Shown here piece by piece: positions 1 to 9,885 of a DNA stretch of 64,000 bases. Made by a program: the position numbers and the translations under genes. The stretch is taken from the NCBI GenBank assembly GCA_016873775.1, contig VGWC01000004.1:1830-65829 (forward strand). Reading direction: 5' to 3'. The stretch comes from Ignavibacteria bacterium (GTDB lineage Bacteria > Bacteroidota > Ignavibacteria > UBA10030 > F1-140-MAGs086). The stretch's first letter is position 1. Every line of letters starts with the position of its first letter. The notes under the pieces were generated by a model. It ran no database searches and was not told the origin of the DNA. It was given only the letters and a program-made list of their open reading frames with translations.

Positions 1-258
1 CGTCGCCGTTGAGTCGCTTTACCACCGCACAGACAAAACGATAATCTTCGCTACGTTTGTAAAATAAAAAAACTGTATCGTCTTTGCTGCTGCGCCTTAT
101 TTCATCGGGATTGGAAATTGTGTTTTCAACAAGTTCTTCTTTCCCGAACATTATAGGATGTTTTGTAGATGTAATAATCTCCCAATAGTTTCTCGTTACT
201 CTCACGGAAAAACCGAGTGGGGTTTGAGTTTCAAAAAGAATATCGTCGAGCATTTGTT
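1..258 (-). CDS. hypothetical protein, 5'-partial at window edge (reverse-strand translation MLDDILFETQTPLGFSVRVTRNYWEII... runs off position 1)
   Basis: Open frame on the minus strand with an ATG at 256-258. It is absent from the ORF track because it is truncated by the window edge. No recognisable family. Confidence 0.35.
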
Positions 259-382
259 ACAGTCTTACAAGAGAAAAATTTTTATTCACCGCGAATGACA
301 CAGATACAACACGGATTTCCACGAATTATTTCGGTGAAGGTTCGTGTTTCATTCGTGTAATTCGTGGTTAATTTTCCGTTCA

Positions 383-601
383 TAACAAATCTAAAAACTC
401 ATCAACAGTCATTCCGGCAAAACGAATCAACGAGCGAAGAGTACCCACAGAAAGTTCTTTATGCTGCGGAATAGAAAGATTAGCGCGAACACCTTGTTTT
501 ACCATTACGTAATGACTTCCGACTTGTCCCATACCTTTTCATCCCGCTTTCCGAAAAGCGTTCACTGCCTCTTTGCCCGAGATATTTGCTAAGCGTCTCA
601 T
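383..601 (-). pseudogene. hicA: HicA-family mRNA interferase toxin interrupted by an in-frame TGA
   Basis: Minus-strand translation from the ATG at 599-601 gives MRRLANISGKEAVNAFRKAG*KGMGQVGSHYVMVKQGVRANLSIPQHKELSVGTLRSLIRFAGMTVDEFLDLL. Apart from the TGA at 539-541, this matches the HicA/YcfA pattern (GSH..., K.L..GTLRSI...AG). The TGA sits where HicA normally has Trp (TGG). The start overlaps the hicB stop as TAATG. Confidence 0.6.
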
Positions 602-834
602 TATACTGCAACAACAATGGGTTCTATTTTTTTCTGAGAATGCGCTGCATTGTTCGCAGTAAGCGTCAACATTGCTTTTTGGTCTTCCGCCCAAAGCCAC
701 GCAGTGATTGCTTCTTTTATATTGTCGAGCGCTTCTTTTTCATCTTTCCCTTGTGAAACACATCCGGGAAGCGCGGGAACTTCTGCGACAAGCCATCCGT
801 CTTCTGCTTGTTCTAATGTTACATGAAAGAGCAT
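601..834 (-). CDS. hicB: HicB-family antitoxin (UPF0150)
   Basis: 77 aa with MLFHVTLEQAEDGWLVAEVPALPGCVSQGKDEKEALDNIKEAITAWL, typical of the HicB N-terminal domain. Immediately followed by the hicA remnant. Confidence 0.7.
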   Translation of the reverse strand: MLFHVTLEQAEDGWLVAEVPALPGCVSQGKDEKEALDNIKEAITAWLWAEDQKAMLTLTANNAAHSQKKIEPIVVAV

Positions 835-927
835 AAATTTCTGATACTATAATTGAAAAAATTTCGTTATTAATTTACAAAACACATTCATTGAAATCTA
901 CAATGTTAAATGTAAAATATAAAATGT

Positions 928-2880
928 TCAATAACTTTTCTCCATCACCCACGAATAAATCGTCCCCGCCAAAAACGCTCCCGCGCCGCCAACAGAAATT
1001 TGAAAATAGAGTTGATGTTTGTCGCGTATATCCCGAAAGTTTTTTACATCGGTTCCATTCGTTGCCGCATTGTAATAATCGTTCTTTTTCTCCGCGCTCA
1101 AAAAGAAATACGTTCCTACACCAGTTGCAAGCGTTGCTCCAGCAATCGAAATCCATTTCCCTCTTGCCCATCTATCAATAGATTGCTGGCGTGTGCCTTC
1201 GTACGTGAGTAGTTCAAACCTCACTTGCTTCTTATCATTTTCCAACAATGAGATGGTTTCCGTTTTATCAAGGAAATTATTTTTCTTTGCTGTTATGCGA
1301 TAATCACCAATCAAGAGAGGAAGAACTTTCGGCGCAGTTCCTTTGTATTCTTCGTTCACAAAAATTTCCGCATCGCTTGCTTCCATCGGCTCAACAAACA
1401 CAGAAACACTTCCGAGTTTTGGTGTTGGCGTGAGTGTTATGTTTTTATTCTCTCCAACGGAAACATATACTTCTTTTTCATCCGATGTATATTTTTCTCC
1501 GCGCTCTGCTCGTAACTGATAGCGTCCTGCATTTAATCGCGCTGTGTATGTTCCTTCACCAACTTCTTTATTGTTCAGAAAAATTTTACTTTCGTTTGCA
1601 GTTACATTCAATTCGCCATAATTTTTATTGAGCAAAATTGTTTTAGTTGTTGTTTTGCCGTCTTCAATCAGAATTTGTTCTTCTGTATCGTTGTAGAGTT
1701 CTTTGGAAACTTTGAGAAGATATTTTCCCGAAGTAAGTTTATTGTTGGTGAATGGAGTAACGCCGGCTTTCTTTCCGTCAAGAAAAACTTCGGCATTATT
1801 TTCCGGCGATGACGTAACGGAAAGTGTGCCAAACGCAGGACGCATTTGAGTAGTGATAGTATATGTTTCTCCGTCGCGCACTTCTAAGGAAAATGTAGAA
1901 TCGTGATAAAATTTTTGAGTGAGGAGAAGCGAGTATGTTTGGCTTTCGATTGTATAGTTTGTAATTGGTGCTTCGCCGATAAATTTATCGTTGAGATACA
2001 CGGAAGTTCCCGACGGTTGTTCTGTAACATTTAAAATTCCGAAACGAGGTTTGAGTTTCAGTGAAAGCGATTTTGTTTTTCCTTCTTCAATAGTAAACGT
2101 CGAAACGTCGGAGTGATACAATGCTTTACGCAATTCTAACTGATGATTTCCCGCAACGAGTTCTCCTTGATACGGTGTTGCTCCAACCTTTTGTCCGTTC
2201 ACCAAAATTTCCGCTCCGCTTGGTTCGGATGTTATTTGCACAATACCGGGCAATGAAAATATTTGTGTTGTTGTTCCTGCTTTCAACGTAATGTCGAGTT
2301 GCTGATTTTGCGAAACGTTCATCGTTTTTGTTTCATCGGCAAATCCATCTTTGGAAAAACGAAATGTGAATTCACCTTGCGGAAGTTTATATGAAATTGT
2401 TTTGCTTTTAGAAAGTGTCGGCGAAAAATTACCGTATGAAGAATACACATTGTCCTCGCTGAGTTTAAAAACAATTTCAAATAAATTTTCGTCTGCTATT
2501 CTATCAGGCGCAAAACCAACTGCTTTTATCGCCATTTCATAACTTCGCTTTTGAGCAAAGTTTGTAGCGGGAAGTTCGAGTCGTTGAAAACCATCGGCAT
2601 CAATTTTCAAAATGTGTGTGCCGTACGGAATCCACACTTCCCAATCCCCGGAGGAAACTTGCGTTACTTTATCAATCCGTCGGTTGCTTTCAAATCGAAG
2701 ATTCGGAATTTGTGAATGTACCATAATCACCGCTTTATCTGTTTCCAATACTACGCGCGAAGATTGATACAATGTATCAACTTTCATCTGGCGATTGAGA
2801 GTTTGAGTAAATGATAACGTTTGAAAGAGAGTTGTAAAGCAGATAGCAAAAATAATTCTTATGGTTTGATTTATCCTCAT
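928..2880 (-). CDS. PEGA-domain repeat protein, secreted, with a C-terminal transmembrane anchor
   Basis: N-terminal signal peptide and multiple approx. 70 aa repeats with the PEGA-like pattern (for example ILVNGQKVGATPYQGELVAGNHQLELRK and FLNNKEVGEGTYTARLNAGRYQLRAER). Hydrophobic helix near the C-terminus. Confidence 0.65.
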   Translation of the reverse strand: MRINQTIRIIFAICFTTLFQTLSFTQTLNRQMKVDTLYQSSRVVLETDKAVIMVHSQIPNLRFESNRRIDKVTQVSSGDWEVWIPYGTHILKIDADGFQRLELPATNFAQKRSYEMAIKAVGFAPDRIADENLFEIVFKLSEDNVYSSYGNFSPTLSKSKTISYKLPQGEFTFRFSKDGFADETKTMNVSQNQQLDITLKAGTTTQIFSLPGIVQITSEPSGAEILVNGQKVGATPYQGELVAGNHQLELRKALYHSDVSTFTIEEGKTKSLSLKLKPRFGILNVTEQPSGTSVYLNDKFIGEAPITNYTIESQTYSLLLTQKFYHDSTFSLEVRDGETYTITTQMRPAFGTLSVTSSPENNAEVFLDGKKAGVTPFTNNKLTSGKYLLKVSKELYNDTEEQILIEDGKTTTKTILLNKNYGELNVTANESKIFLNNKEVGEGTYTARLNAGRYQLRAERGEKYTSDEKEVYVSVGENKNITLTPTPKLGSVSVFVEPMEASDAEIFVNEEYKGTAPKVLPLLIGDYRITAKKNNFLDKTETISLLENDKKQVRFELLTYEGTRQQSIDRWARGKWISIAGATLATGVGTYFFLSAEKKNDYYNAATNGTDVKNFRDIRDKHQLYFQISVGGAGAFLAGTIYSWVMEKSY

Positions 2881-3037
2881 ATTTTTTTGTTTGTTTCAGA
2901 TAAAAGAAAATGGAAAAATTTGCGGCGTAAATTTAGTAATTGTAGGACTAATTCACAACGGATTCACAGCAGTTGAAACGAAACTCTGTTGAAAATAATA
3001 CTCATCTGTTTCATTCATATATCTGTTGAGAATGACC

Positions 3038-4234
3038 TTACTTCAACACTTCAATCCAAATAATTCGCATTCCCGCATAGTGCGTGATGTCAATTTCACT
3101 CATATTTTTTGCGTTGTAATATTTTTGTTTTTCAAAACGCACGAGAGCAACGATGCCATTCTGATCAATGATTGCGGCAAATAACCCTTCGCGCGATTCA
3201 AAATCCTTAGCGCTGCCAGTTATAAGTTTATTCTTTTTTACAAGCGAATCCAGTTTCGATGTAAATTCGTCAAAATTTTTGGTAGTGAGGAGCGTAGAGA
3301 TTGGAGCCGGGAGATTAGTAGTGTGTGTATCGCTCATCGTTGCTCCAGTATTCGGTTTTGTTCTCGCGCCCGGAAGAGTGAACACAACAGTATTTGCAAT
3401 GGTATTGTTAATGCGAACCGAATGCGCAAGTTGTAGTAATTCATCCATTTCGTCTTCGTAAGCGTAATGGACATTCAGTAAAATTTCGCGCTCAATATTT
3501 TCCTCTTGCGAAAAATAGAATGTGAGTTTCGCTTCGCCGTTTCGAACTTCTCCTTGCGTTTGTCCTTGTCCATCGAAATATTCGAAGTACAAATGTGAAA
3601 CGAGTTTGCTTTTATATTCAACGTTATATTTCCAAACAAGATGTTCGTCATCAATTTTTTTTACAGCAGAACAATGAATGTTACGAACAATATTTTCCAT
3701 CTCATTAGCAATCGCTGACGAAAGATTCGAAGTAGCAATTCCGTTAGAAAAAGTGAATGAAATCGTATCGGGATACATTTCGGTGAGCAACAACGCCCAA
3801 TAGTAATTTTTTAACGCTGTGCCAATGTTTCCCTTCTTTGATTCCGATTGAGCAAGAAGTAAATGCTCGATGGTTTTCTGTTTTCTCAGTGCGAATATTT
3901 TTTTCACAATGTCCCGCGCAATAAATTTTTTCACATGAAAAATATTGTCTGCGTCTTTCATAATTTCCTCCTGAACGTCCTGCAACTGCATCGAAGATTT
4001 TGCAATGATTTCAACTGATGTCGTTTCATTCAACGCGGTGTTTGTTTCCGACAATTTTCTTTTGACGGAAGAAGAAACAAACACTTGAATTTGTTCAAGC
4101 ATAGATTTCATAGCATCTTGCTTTGCTTTTTCTAAGTCAGCATTGGAAGCAACACCAGTGTAGTATGTGTTATCTTGCTGCGAAATAGTTTTTAAAGGAA
4201 TAAGGAAAATAAGAAGAATAAAAAATTTATACAT
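3038..4234 (-). CDS. hypothetical secreted protein
   Basis: ORF 3038..4330. The likely true start is the internal Met (MYKFFILLIFLIPLKTISQ signal peptide), whose ATG lies at 4232-4234. No recognisable domain. Confidence 0.5.
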   Translation of the reverse strand: MYKFFILLIFLIPLKTISQQDNTYYTGVASNADLEKAKQDAMKSMLEQIQVFVSSSVKRKLSETNTALNETTSVEIIAKSSMQLQDVQEEIMKDADNIFHVKKFIARDIVKKIFALRKQKTIEHLLLAQSESKKGNIGTALKNYYWALLLTEMYPDTISFTFSNGIATSNLSSAIANEMENIVRNIHCSAVKKIDDEHLVWKYNVEYKSKLVSHLYFEYFDGQGQTQGEVRNGEAKLTFYFSQEENIEREILLNVHYAYEDEMDELLQLAHSVRINNTIANTVVFTLPGARTKPNTGATMSDTHTTNLPAPISTLLTTKNFDEFTSKLDSLVKKNKLITGSAKDFESREGLFAAIIDQNGIVALVRFEKQKYYNAKNMSEIDITHYAGMRIIWIEVLK

Positions 4235-4320
4235 AAAGTTTTTTCTACATAGTAAAAATAGCCGCCAAGAATCACAAAGAATAAAAACTTGACTCAATCC
4301 TAAAATCTGTAAATACTTCC

Positions 4321-5526
4321 TCACTTCCACTCGCCGTACAGTTCCATCCGTTCCGTAACTCGCACAACGTAATCCTGCGTTTCTTTGTACGGCAATTTAT
4401 TTTTCAATTGTTTGAATACTTCGTCGGAAGTCATAGAATTTATTTTTTTAACTGCGGGTTTCAGTTTTGTTTTTCCTGTGAACGCGCGAGCAACATTTCC
4501 TGCGCCGGTATTATACGCAGCTACAGCACAATACAAACGACTTTGTTCATTCTTAATATTCTTGAAATATTTCGACAGCAAAATTTTTAAGTACGCAGTA
4601 CCGAGTTCAACATTGTTTTCTGGAGTGTACAAATATTCCGGTGTGAGCAGAGAATCAACTTTATACACGTACAAATACGCATCACGACCTGCAGATTTCG
4701 GAACGAGTTGCATCAATCCGTATGCAGGAACACCGGAGCGCGCTTTCGGATTGAAAAAACTTTCCGTATGAATCACTGCAAACGCGAGCGAAGCATCAAC
4801 TTCAAAACGCTTCGATTCGTGTTGCACGTTCTCGCGAAATTTGTCCGCGCGTTTTTTTAAATGTTCGGGAACAAGCGGAACACGTACTATTATTGCAATG
4901 CGTTTTTTCCCGTCGTCGCCTTTGATTTCTTCTTGTTGCGTTTCTGATTTTGCTGCGATTTGTTCTGCAAAAGTTATTGCATTTTCTTCGGTAACCGGTT
5001 TTCCATCAAGCGTCGAAAGTTGTTCAAGCAATATCGGTTCATCGGCGGGTTTTGAGGTTTCTTTTTTTTCCAACGGGTCATCGTTTCCTTTCGATACGAC
5101 CATTTTAGAAATTTCCTCTTTCAATTTTTGCTGAATAGTTTCTTTATTTTTCGATTCCGTTTCGTCAACGAGAATTTCCACTTTTGCAACTCCTTTTTCA
5201 AAATCAACGCTCCGACGCGATTTGAAATCTTTGCTGTACGATATCCATTCTTTCTTCGAACTTGTTTTCACATTTTTTTTCCCCCAGTTCTTCCCGATGT
5301 TTTTTACGTAATCTTCAAACGTTTTTTTTTGCTCTTCTTCAAATTTTTTATACTCATCGGAAACTTTTTGTTGATATTGAAAAAACGCTTCTTCCTGTTC
5401 CTGAATGCCTTGTTGTTGCTGTTTCATAAATTGTTGAAACAACGAATCTTCTTTAGTTTGTGAAAAAAGAAATTGGTAAAATGAAAATAATAGAATGATG
5501 ATGGAGAGTAAATGTGTATAACGCAT
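4321..5526 (-). CDS. lytic murein transglycosylase (SLT/MltC-like catalytic domain) with a K/E-rich coiled N-terminal region
   Basis: The motif ESFFNPKARSGVPAYGLMQLVPKSAGRDAY matches the family 1 lytic transglycosylase active-site region (ES...GLMQ). Probable start at the internal Met (MRYTHLLSIIILLFSFYQ signal, ATG at 5524-5526). Confidence 0.7.
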   Translation of the reverse strand: MRYTHLLSIIILLFSFYQFLFSQTKEDSLFQQFMKQQQQGIQEQEEAFFQYQQKVSDEYKKFEEEQKKTFEDYVKNIGKNWGKKNVKTSSKKEWISYSKDFKSRRSVDFEKGVAKVEILVDETESKNKETIQQKLKEEISKMVVSKGNDDPLEKKETSKPADEPILLEQLSTLDGKPVTEENAITFAEQIAAKSETQQEEIKGDDGKKRIAIIVRVPLVPEHLKKRADKFRENVQHESKRFEVDASLAFAVIHTESFFNPKARSGVPAYGLMQLVPKSAGRDAYLYVYKVDSLLTPEYLYTPENNVELGTAYLKILLSKYFKNIKNEQSRLYCAVAAYNTGAGNVARAFTGKTKLKPAVKKINSMTSDEVFKQLKNKLPYKETQDYVVRVTERMELYGEWK

Positions 5527-5611
5527 ATATTGTTTCTTGAAAAAAACCGTAAAATGAAATTTGTTATTGAATATGTCGTTGAAACCGTTCAAGATTCAGT
5601 TTTCCATTTTT

Positions 5612-6844
5612 TTATTTGACGAACGACAGAAACCGTTCTTCCAATAATGCACCGGAAGTATGCTTCATTTCATTGCGCAAAAATTCCTGGAGCAATTCTC
5701 TTCGCTGCACAAAGTCAAGATATGCGAAAGGACGTTCTTCTTCGATGTCAACATCGAAAACATTTTTCGTGCGCGCTTCAATTTTTTGTATGAGTTGAGT
5801 GAGTGTTTGTGCATCGTAGCCACAATGTGTCAAAATAATTGCGGCGGCTTTATCCGCTTCCGTTTCCATTTTCAACGTACGAGGTTTGTTCACTGTTTCC
5901 CATGCTACTTGCGCAAATTCTACTAATGCTTCTTCCGTTGTGTCGGGAGATTCATTGAACTCTTTATTCATATCTTCGAATGCTTCTTCGACGTGAATTT
6001 TTGTTTTTGAATAAACAAGTTCTTTGATTCCATGCTGCAAAATAATGTGCATTATTTCGTGAGCAATAACACCAGCGAGTTCTGCTTCATTGCTGCAAAC
6101 ATCAATCAAACCTTTGGAAACAAAAACAAATCCTCCCGGAAGTGAAAATGCGACTGCGCGTTCGTCGTCGAGTACATAAAAGCGAAATCGCACGTCATTC
6201 ATCGGCGTATGTTCAACGATATACAGTCCAAGAAGGTTAACATACTTTGAAAGAGCAGGATTGCGAACGACACCGCGTGATAAAATTTTTGCGGCAATTC
6301 CTGCGCCGATTCCTTCTTCCGATTCTGAACAATGATATTCGGGAATCAATGTTTGAAAATCTTCATAAATGTTGTGAAACGGAACAAGATGCACTTGTTG
6401 CAACGTGCTTCGCTGAAAATCAAGAAAATCGTTTGCGGAAAATGCTTGTTCGGCAATAACGTCGAGCATTTCAATTTGTTCGCGGGAAGTTTTGCCATAA
6501 CGTTCTGCAAAGCCGCGAATTGCCGCTGCAACTCCTGCCTTTGTCGCTTTCGGAGATGACCATTCTGCTTCAAGATTTTTTGATGAACTTGGAGGTGCTT
6601 CAGTCAAACAATTTTTTGACATCCATCCTTTGGTTTTATCGGGAGTTTTAATGTTTAACCACATTCCTTTTTCATCCTGAATAGTAATAGCAACACCGGA
6701 AGGAAGAACGCGCAGAAGGTCGTAGTAATTTCCAGGACCTTCACGTACTTCATTGCGAGTGCGTTTTGTGTACTGTGTTTTTTGCGAGTGAAGAAATGTT
6801 GCAGTGAATAATGATAAAAGTATAATGATGAGAATGCGCTGCAT
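5612..6844 (-). CDS. M48-family zinc metallopeptidase with an N-terminal SH3b-like domain
   Basis: Signal peptide, an SH3b-like segment (GPGNYYDLLRVLPSGVAITIQDEKGMWLNIKT) and the HEXXH zinc motif in VIAHEIMHIILQHG. Confidence 0.65.
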   Translation of the reverse strand: MQRILIIILLSLFTATFLHSQKTQYTKRTRNEVREGPGNYYDLLRVLPSGVAITIQDEKGMWLNIKTPDKTKGWMSKNCLTEAPPSSSKNLEAEWSSPKATKAGVAAAIRGFAERYGKTSREQIEMLDVIAEQAFSANDFLDFQRSTLQQVHLVPFHNIYEDFQTLIPEYHCSESEEGIGAGIAAKILSRGVVRNPALSKYVNLLGLYIVEHTPMNDVRFRFYVLDDERAVAFSLPGGFVFVSKGLIDVCSNEAELAGVIAHEIMHIILQHGIKELVYSKTKIHVEEAFEDMNKEFNESPDTTEEALVEFAQVAWETVNKPRTLKMETEADKAAAIILTHCGYDAQTLTQLIQKIEARTKNVFDVDIEEERPFAYLDFVQRRELLQEFLRNEMKHTSGALLEERFLSFVK

Positions 6845-6874
6845 AATAATTTTCCTTTCAATTGAGTTGTGAGG

Positions 6875-9025
6875 TTACGTTAATTCGTGAATTGGTTTCC
6901 ACTCTTCCGCGGGGGGAACGCGGAGAAGTTGTTGAGTGCGTTGAAGAAAAATTTTTGTTGGCGTATCGTTGCTGTTGCGTTCATAAAGTTCGGAAAAAAT
7001 ATCGTTCGCCTTTTGAAACATTCGGTGCTCGTACGCGCGAAGTCCTTCAATGTATTGTTGATAGAACAGCATTTCTTCGTGTGGAACAGTTTCTACGATT
7101 CCGATGACTTGATACAACTTCGTAGCAATATCTTTTCCTTTTAAGTACACCGTATCAATTTCACGGCAAACAATTTTATTTTGGACTTGGAGAAAAACTT
7201 CTTCACTGATAAGAATGGAAGTGCGATAAATTTTATTTGCGCCTTCGAGACGTGAAGCGATATTGACTGTATCGCCAATTGCAGTGTACTCGATGCGTTG
7301 TTTCGAACCGATATTCCCAATAACCATTTTACCGCTATGAATTCCAAATCGCGTTGTACTGAAGAGATTATTACTCCGCAGTTTGAGTTTCTTTAATGCA
7401 TCCTGAATTTCAAGCGCAGAAATACACGCGCGATAAGCGTCGTCATTTTTCTTATCGGGAATTCCATACATTGCCATAACTGCATCGCCGATGTATTTAT
7501 CGAGAAATCCTCCATTGCGAAAAATAATATCTGCAACGATAGAAAAATATTCATTGAGATTTTTTACTAAGGTTTTCGGTTCGTCGTTCAGTTGTTCCGC
7601 TTTCTCCGTGTAGTCTTCGATATCGGAAAAAAATATCACGGCATCGCGCAGTTCTCCTTCGCGGTCTATTTTTTCCGGATGTTCTTCAATCGTTTTAACG
7701 ATGCTCGGATGCAAGTATCTGTTGAACATAGAACGCAATTGACGCCGCGCTCTTCCTTCCGTTGCGTAACTCCATACAGAAGATATTGCAAACGAAGAAA
7801 AAATAGCGAAGAGTGGTGCGACCATTTCAAGCCAGATTTTTTGCGACGTGAACAAATAACAACAAAGATAAATCCAAATTCCCGTACTGAGAAACACAAC
7901 AACAATACTGAACCATACTTCGCGAAAATAAAACATTGCAAAAGAAATTGCAAAAGAAAAGAACAGAATAGCAAGAAGCGTTACGAATTGGTTTGTTATT
8001 TGTAAAAAATCTTGTTGAAGAAGATTGCTCAACATTGTTGCATAAATTTCCATTCCAGGATATGGTTCTTCCTGCGTAAACGGTGTATTGCGAAAATCCA
8101 GAAGCCCCGGCGCGTTTGTTCCGATGATAACATATTTATTGTTGAATGAATCCGACGGAATAATCGGTTGATGATGACGTTGTTCCTGCAATGCGGAACT
8201 CAGCAGCGTTTGAATGGAATAGTATTGATTTTTAAAACATCCTTCGGGTCCTCCTTTACCATACCACCACAACAGGAAATTTCCGTTTTCATCAAGAGGA
8301 ATTGAAACCGAATCTACAAGAATTTTTTTTGAAACATCGTTGAATAAAATTTGTTTTTTTTGAATACAAAATCCGGCGAAACCGAGATGGGGAAGCGTGT
8401 TTCCATTGTAATTGAACAGCAAAGGAATGCGTCGGCAAATTCCATCAGCATCAAAAAAATAGTTGACCGTTCCCAATGAATGTGCGGAAGTTTGAAGCAA
8501 TGGAGAGGGGAGAAGCGCAGATGAAAAAATTGTCGTAGAAACTGCGTTTAACGGAAAATTGAATGTTTGTTTTGCGACAAGTTTATGATTGGGCGGTGTA
8601 ATTTCTTCCTTTAATTGAAATGCAAGCGAAACATTGTTGGCGTTCGTGAGCGCTTCGGAAAAAATGCGGTCATTGATGTCTTCGCCGTTCACCCAATCTT
8701 TGACATCGGGAGAAGTGAATAACACATCGAAGAGCACTGCCTTTGCGTTTCCCCGTTGAAAATATGAAACAAGTTGTGCGTAAATATCACGAGGCCAAGG
8801 CCAGTACACATTTTGTTTTTCTAACGCCTGCAAACTTGGGTCATCTATGACAGCAATAGCAATATTTTTGCTTACGGATTCCGGATGGGAAAAAAGATGA
8901 AATCGAATATCGAGAGTTTTAAGTTCGAGATGTTCAAAGGTGGAGAAGAGTACGAGTAAAAGAATAAACAATACAGCAACGCATCCACTGTAGAACGAAG
9001 TGCGAAATTTTCTGTTCGAATTCAT
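6875..9025 (-). CDS. CHASE2 sensor domain-containing adenylate/guanylate cyclase (class III)
   Basis: N-terminal transmembrane helix followed by a CHASE2-like periplasmic region (WPWPRDIYAQL), then several transmembrane helices. The C-terminus is a class III cyclase domain (VIFFSDIEDYTEKAE ... GDAVMAMYG ... RFGIHSGKMVIGNIGS). Confidence 0.8.
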   Translation of the reverse strand: MNSNRKFRTSFYSGCVAVLFILLLVLFSTFEHLELKTLDIRFHLFSHPESVSKNIAIAVIDDPSLQALEKQNVYWPWPRDIYAQLVSYFQRGNAKAVLFDVLFTSPDVKDWVNGEDINDRIFSEALTNANNVSLAFQLKEEITPPNHKLVAKQTFNFPLNAVSTTIFSSALLPSPLLQTSAHSLGTVNYFFDADGICRRIPLLFNYNGNTLPHLGFAGFCIQKKQILFNDVSKKILVDSVSIPLDENGNFLLWWYGKGGPEGCFKNQYYSIQTLLSSALQEQRHHQPIIPSDSFNNKYVIIGTNAPGLLDFRNTPFTQEEPYPGMEIYATMLSNLLQQDFLQITNQFVTLLAILFFSFAISFAMFYFREVWFSIVVVFLSTGIWIYLCCYLFTSQKIWLEMVAPLFAIFSSFAISSVWSYATEGRARRQLRSMFNRYLHPSIVKTIEEHPEKIDREGELRDAVIFFSDIEDYTEKAEQLNDEPKTLVKNLNEYFSIVADIIFRNGGFLDKYIGDAVMAMYGIPDKKNDDAYRACISALEIQDALKKLKLRSNNLFSTTRFGIHSGKMVIGNIGSKQRIEYTAIGDTVNIASRLEGANKIYRTSILISEEVFLQVQNKIVCREIDTVYLKGKDIATKLYQVIGIVETVPHEEMLFYQQYIEGLRAYEHRMFQKANDIFSELYERNSNDTPTKIFLQRTQQLLRVPPAEEWKPIHELT

Positions 9026-9097
9026 CGTTTGATATTAAATGAATGAAAAAGAATATGCTCAAAAGTTCTGAAAAGAAAATTTCTTGTATCAGTTATA

Positions 9098-9859
9098 TCA
9101 CGGAGTTAGTGGACAACGGATGAGTACATAATAAATATTATTGTTCGTGTCTCGCCATCGCTTCGTAATTTCAGCATTGGAAACCACAACAGAAAATTCT
9201 TGATTCTGTATTTCTTGTCCGCTCTGTGCAGTAGATTTCGTTATGGATTGCAGTTTAAGTGTTGCTAATGAGCGTGCAAGTTTCCATCGAGCATCTCGTT
9301 CTGCTTCAATCCACGATGATAATTCATAGTAATTATCTTGTTCGACACCAACTTGATATACAACATTTTTTTCTTTAGGAAGTGCAGATGTCCAATCAGG
9401 TGCGCGTGAATCGGAAACGTTGATGAGTGTCTTGAAATGTTCAAACTCTTTGCACGATGAATCGCCGACGAGAACAACAGCACAATTTTCCGTGAATGAA
9501 GAATCGAGAACAATGAGAGAAGGTGAATTTCTCAGCAACAATGAAGAATCAAATGATTCGAGAAAATTATTTCCCTGGAACATCGTTCCGTGCTCCATTT
9601 TGAAAAACGCTTCGCCTCCGGATACAGAAAATTGTTTGAGGCGAACACTGTTTTCAATTGCGTTTTTCTTGGCGGCAAGTACAGAATTGTGTTGATAATG
9701 CGAAAGAGTTGCAAATCCAACGGATATTGATGGACACGCAACTCTTTCGGGCTCGAGAAACCATAATGGATATTCAAAAGGTTCCTGGGAAAACAAGACT
9801 GAGTTGAAAAGTAACAGAACGAGAAGCGTACGCAATGAAGGGGAAAAAAAATACAGCAT
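9098..9859 (-). CDS. hypothetical secreted protein
   Basis: 253 aa ORF with an N-terminal hydrophobic signal (LLVLLLFNSVLFSQ). No recognisable domain. Confidence 0.45.
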   Translation of the reverse strand: MLYFFSPSLRTLLVLLLFNSVLFSQEPFEYPLWFLEPERVACPSISVGFATLSHYQHNSVLAAKKNAIENSVRLKQFSVSGGEAFFKMEHGTMFQGNNFLESFDSSLLLRNSPSLIVLDSSFTENCAVVLVGDSSCKEFEHFKTLINVSDSRAPDWTSALPKEKNVVYQVGVEQDNYYELSSWIEAERDARWKLARSLATLKLQSITKSTAQSGQEIQNQEFSVVVSNAEITKRWRDTNNNIYYVLIRCPLTP

Positions 9860-9885
9860 TGCAAGTTCCTCGCAGTAACGATTGA

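Noticed and set aside
539-541. TGA in hicA as a recoded sense codon (code 4 or 25)
   Set aside because: TGA terminates well-conserved genes elsewhere in the window (for example moeA at 44787-44789, mocA at 43598-43600), so the standard code applies.
875-1631. Cluster of short ORFs (875..1171 -, 891..1181 +, 1000..1212 +, 1248..1433 +, 1434..1631 +) overlapping the PEGA gene
   Set aside because: They lie entirely within or antisense to the 650 aa PEGA-domain ORF, with low-complexity translations and no motifs. Treated as frame noise in AT-rich DNA.
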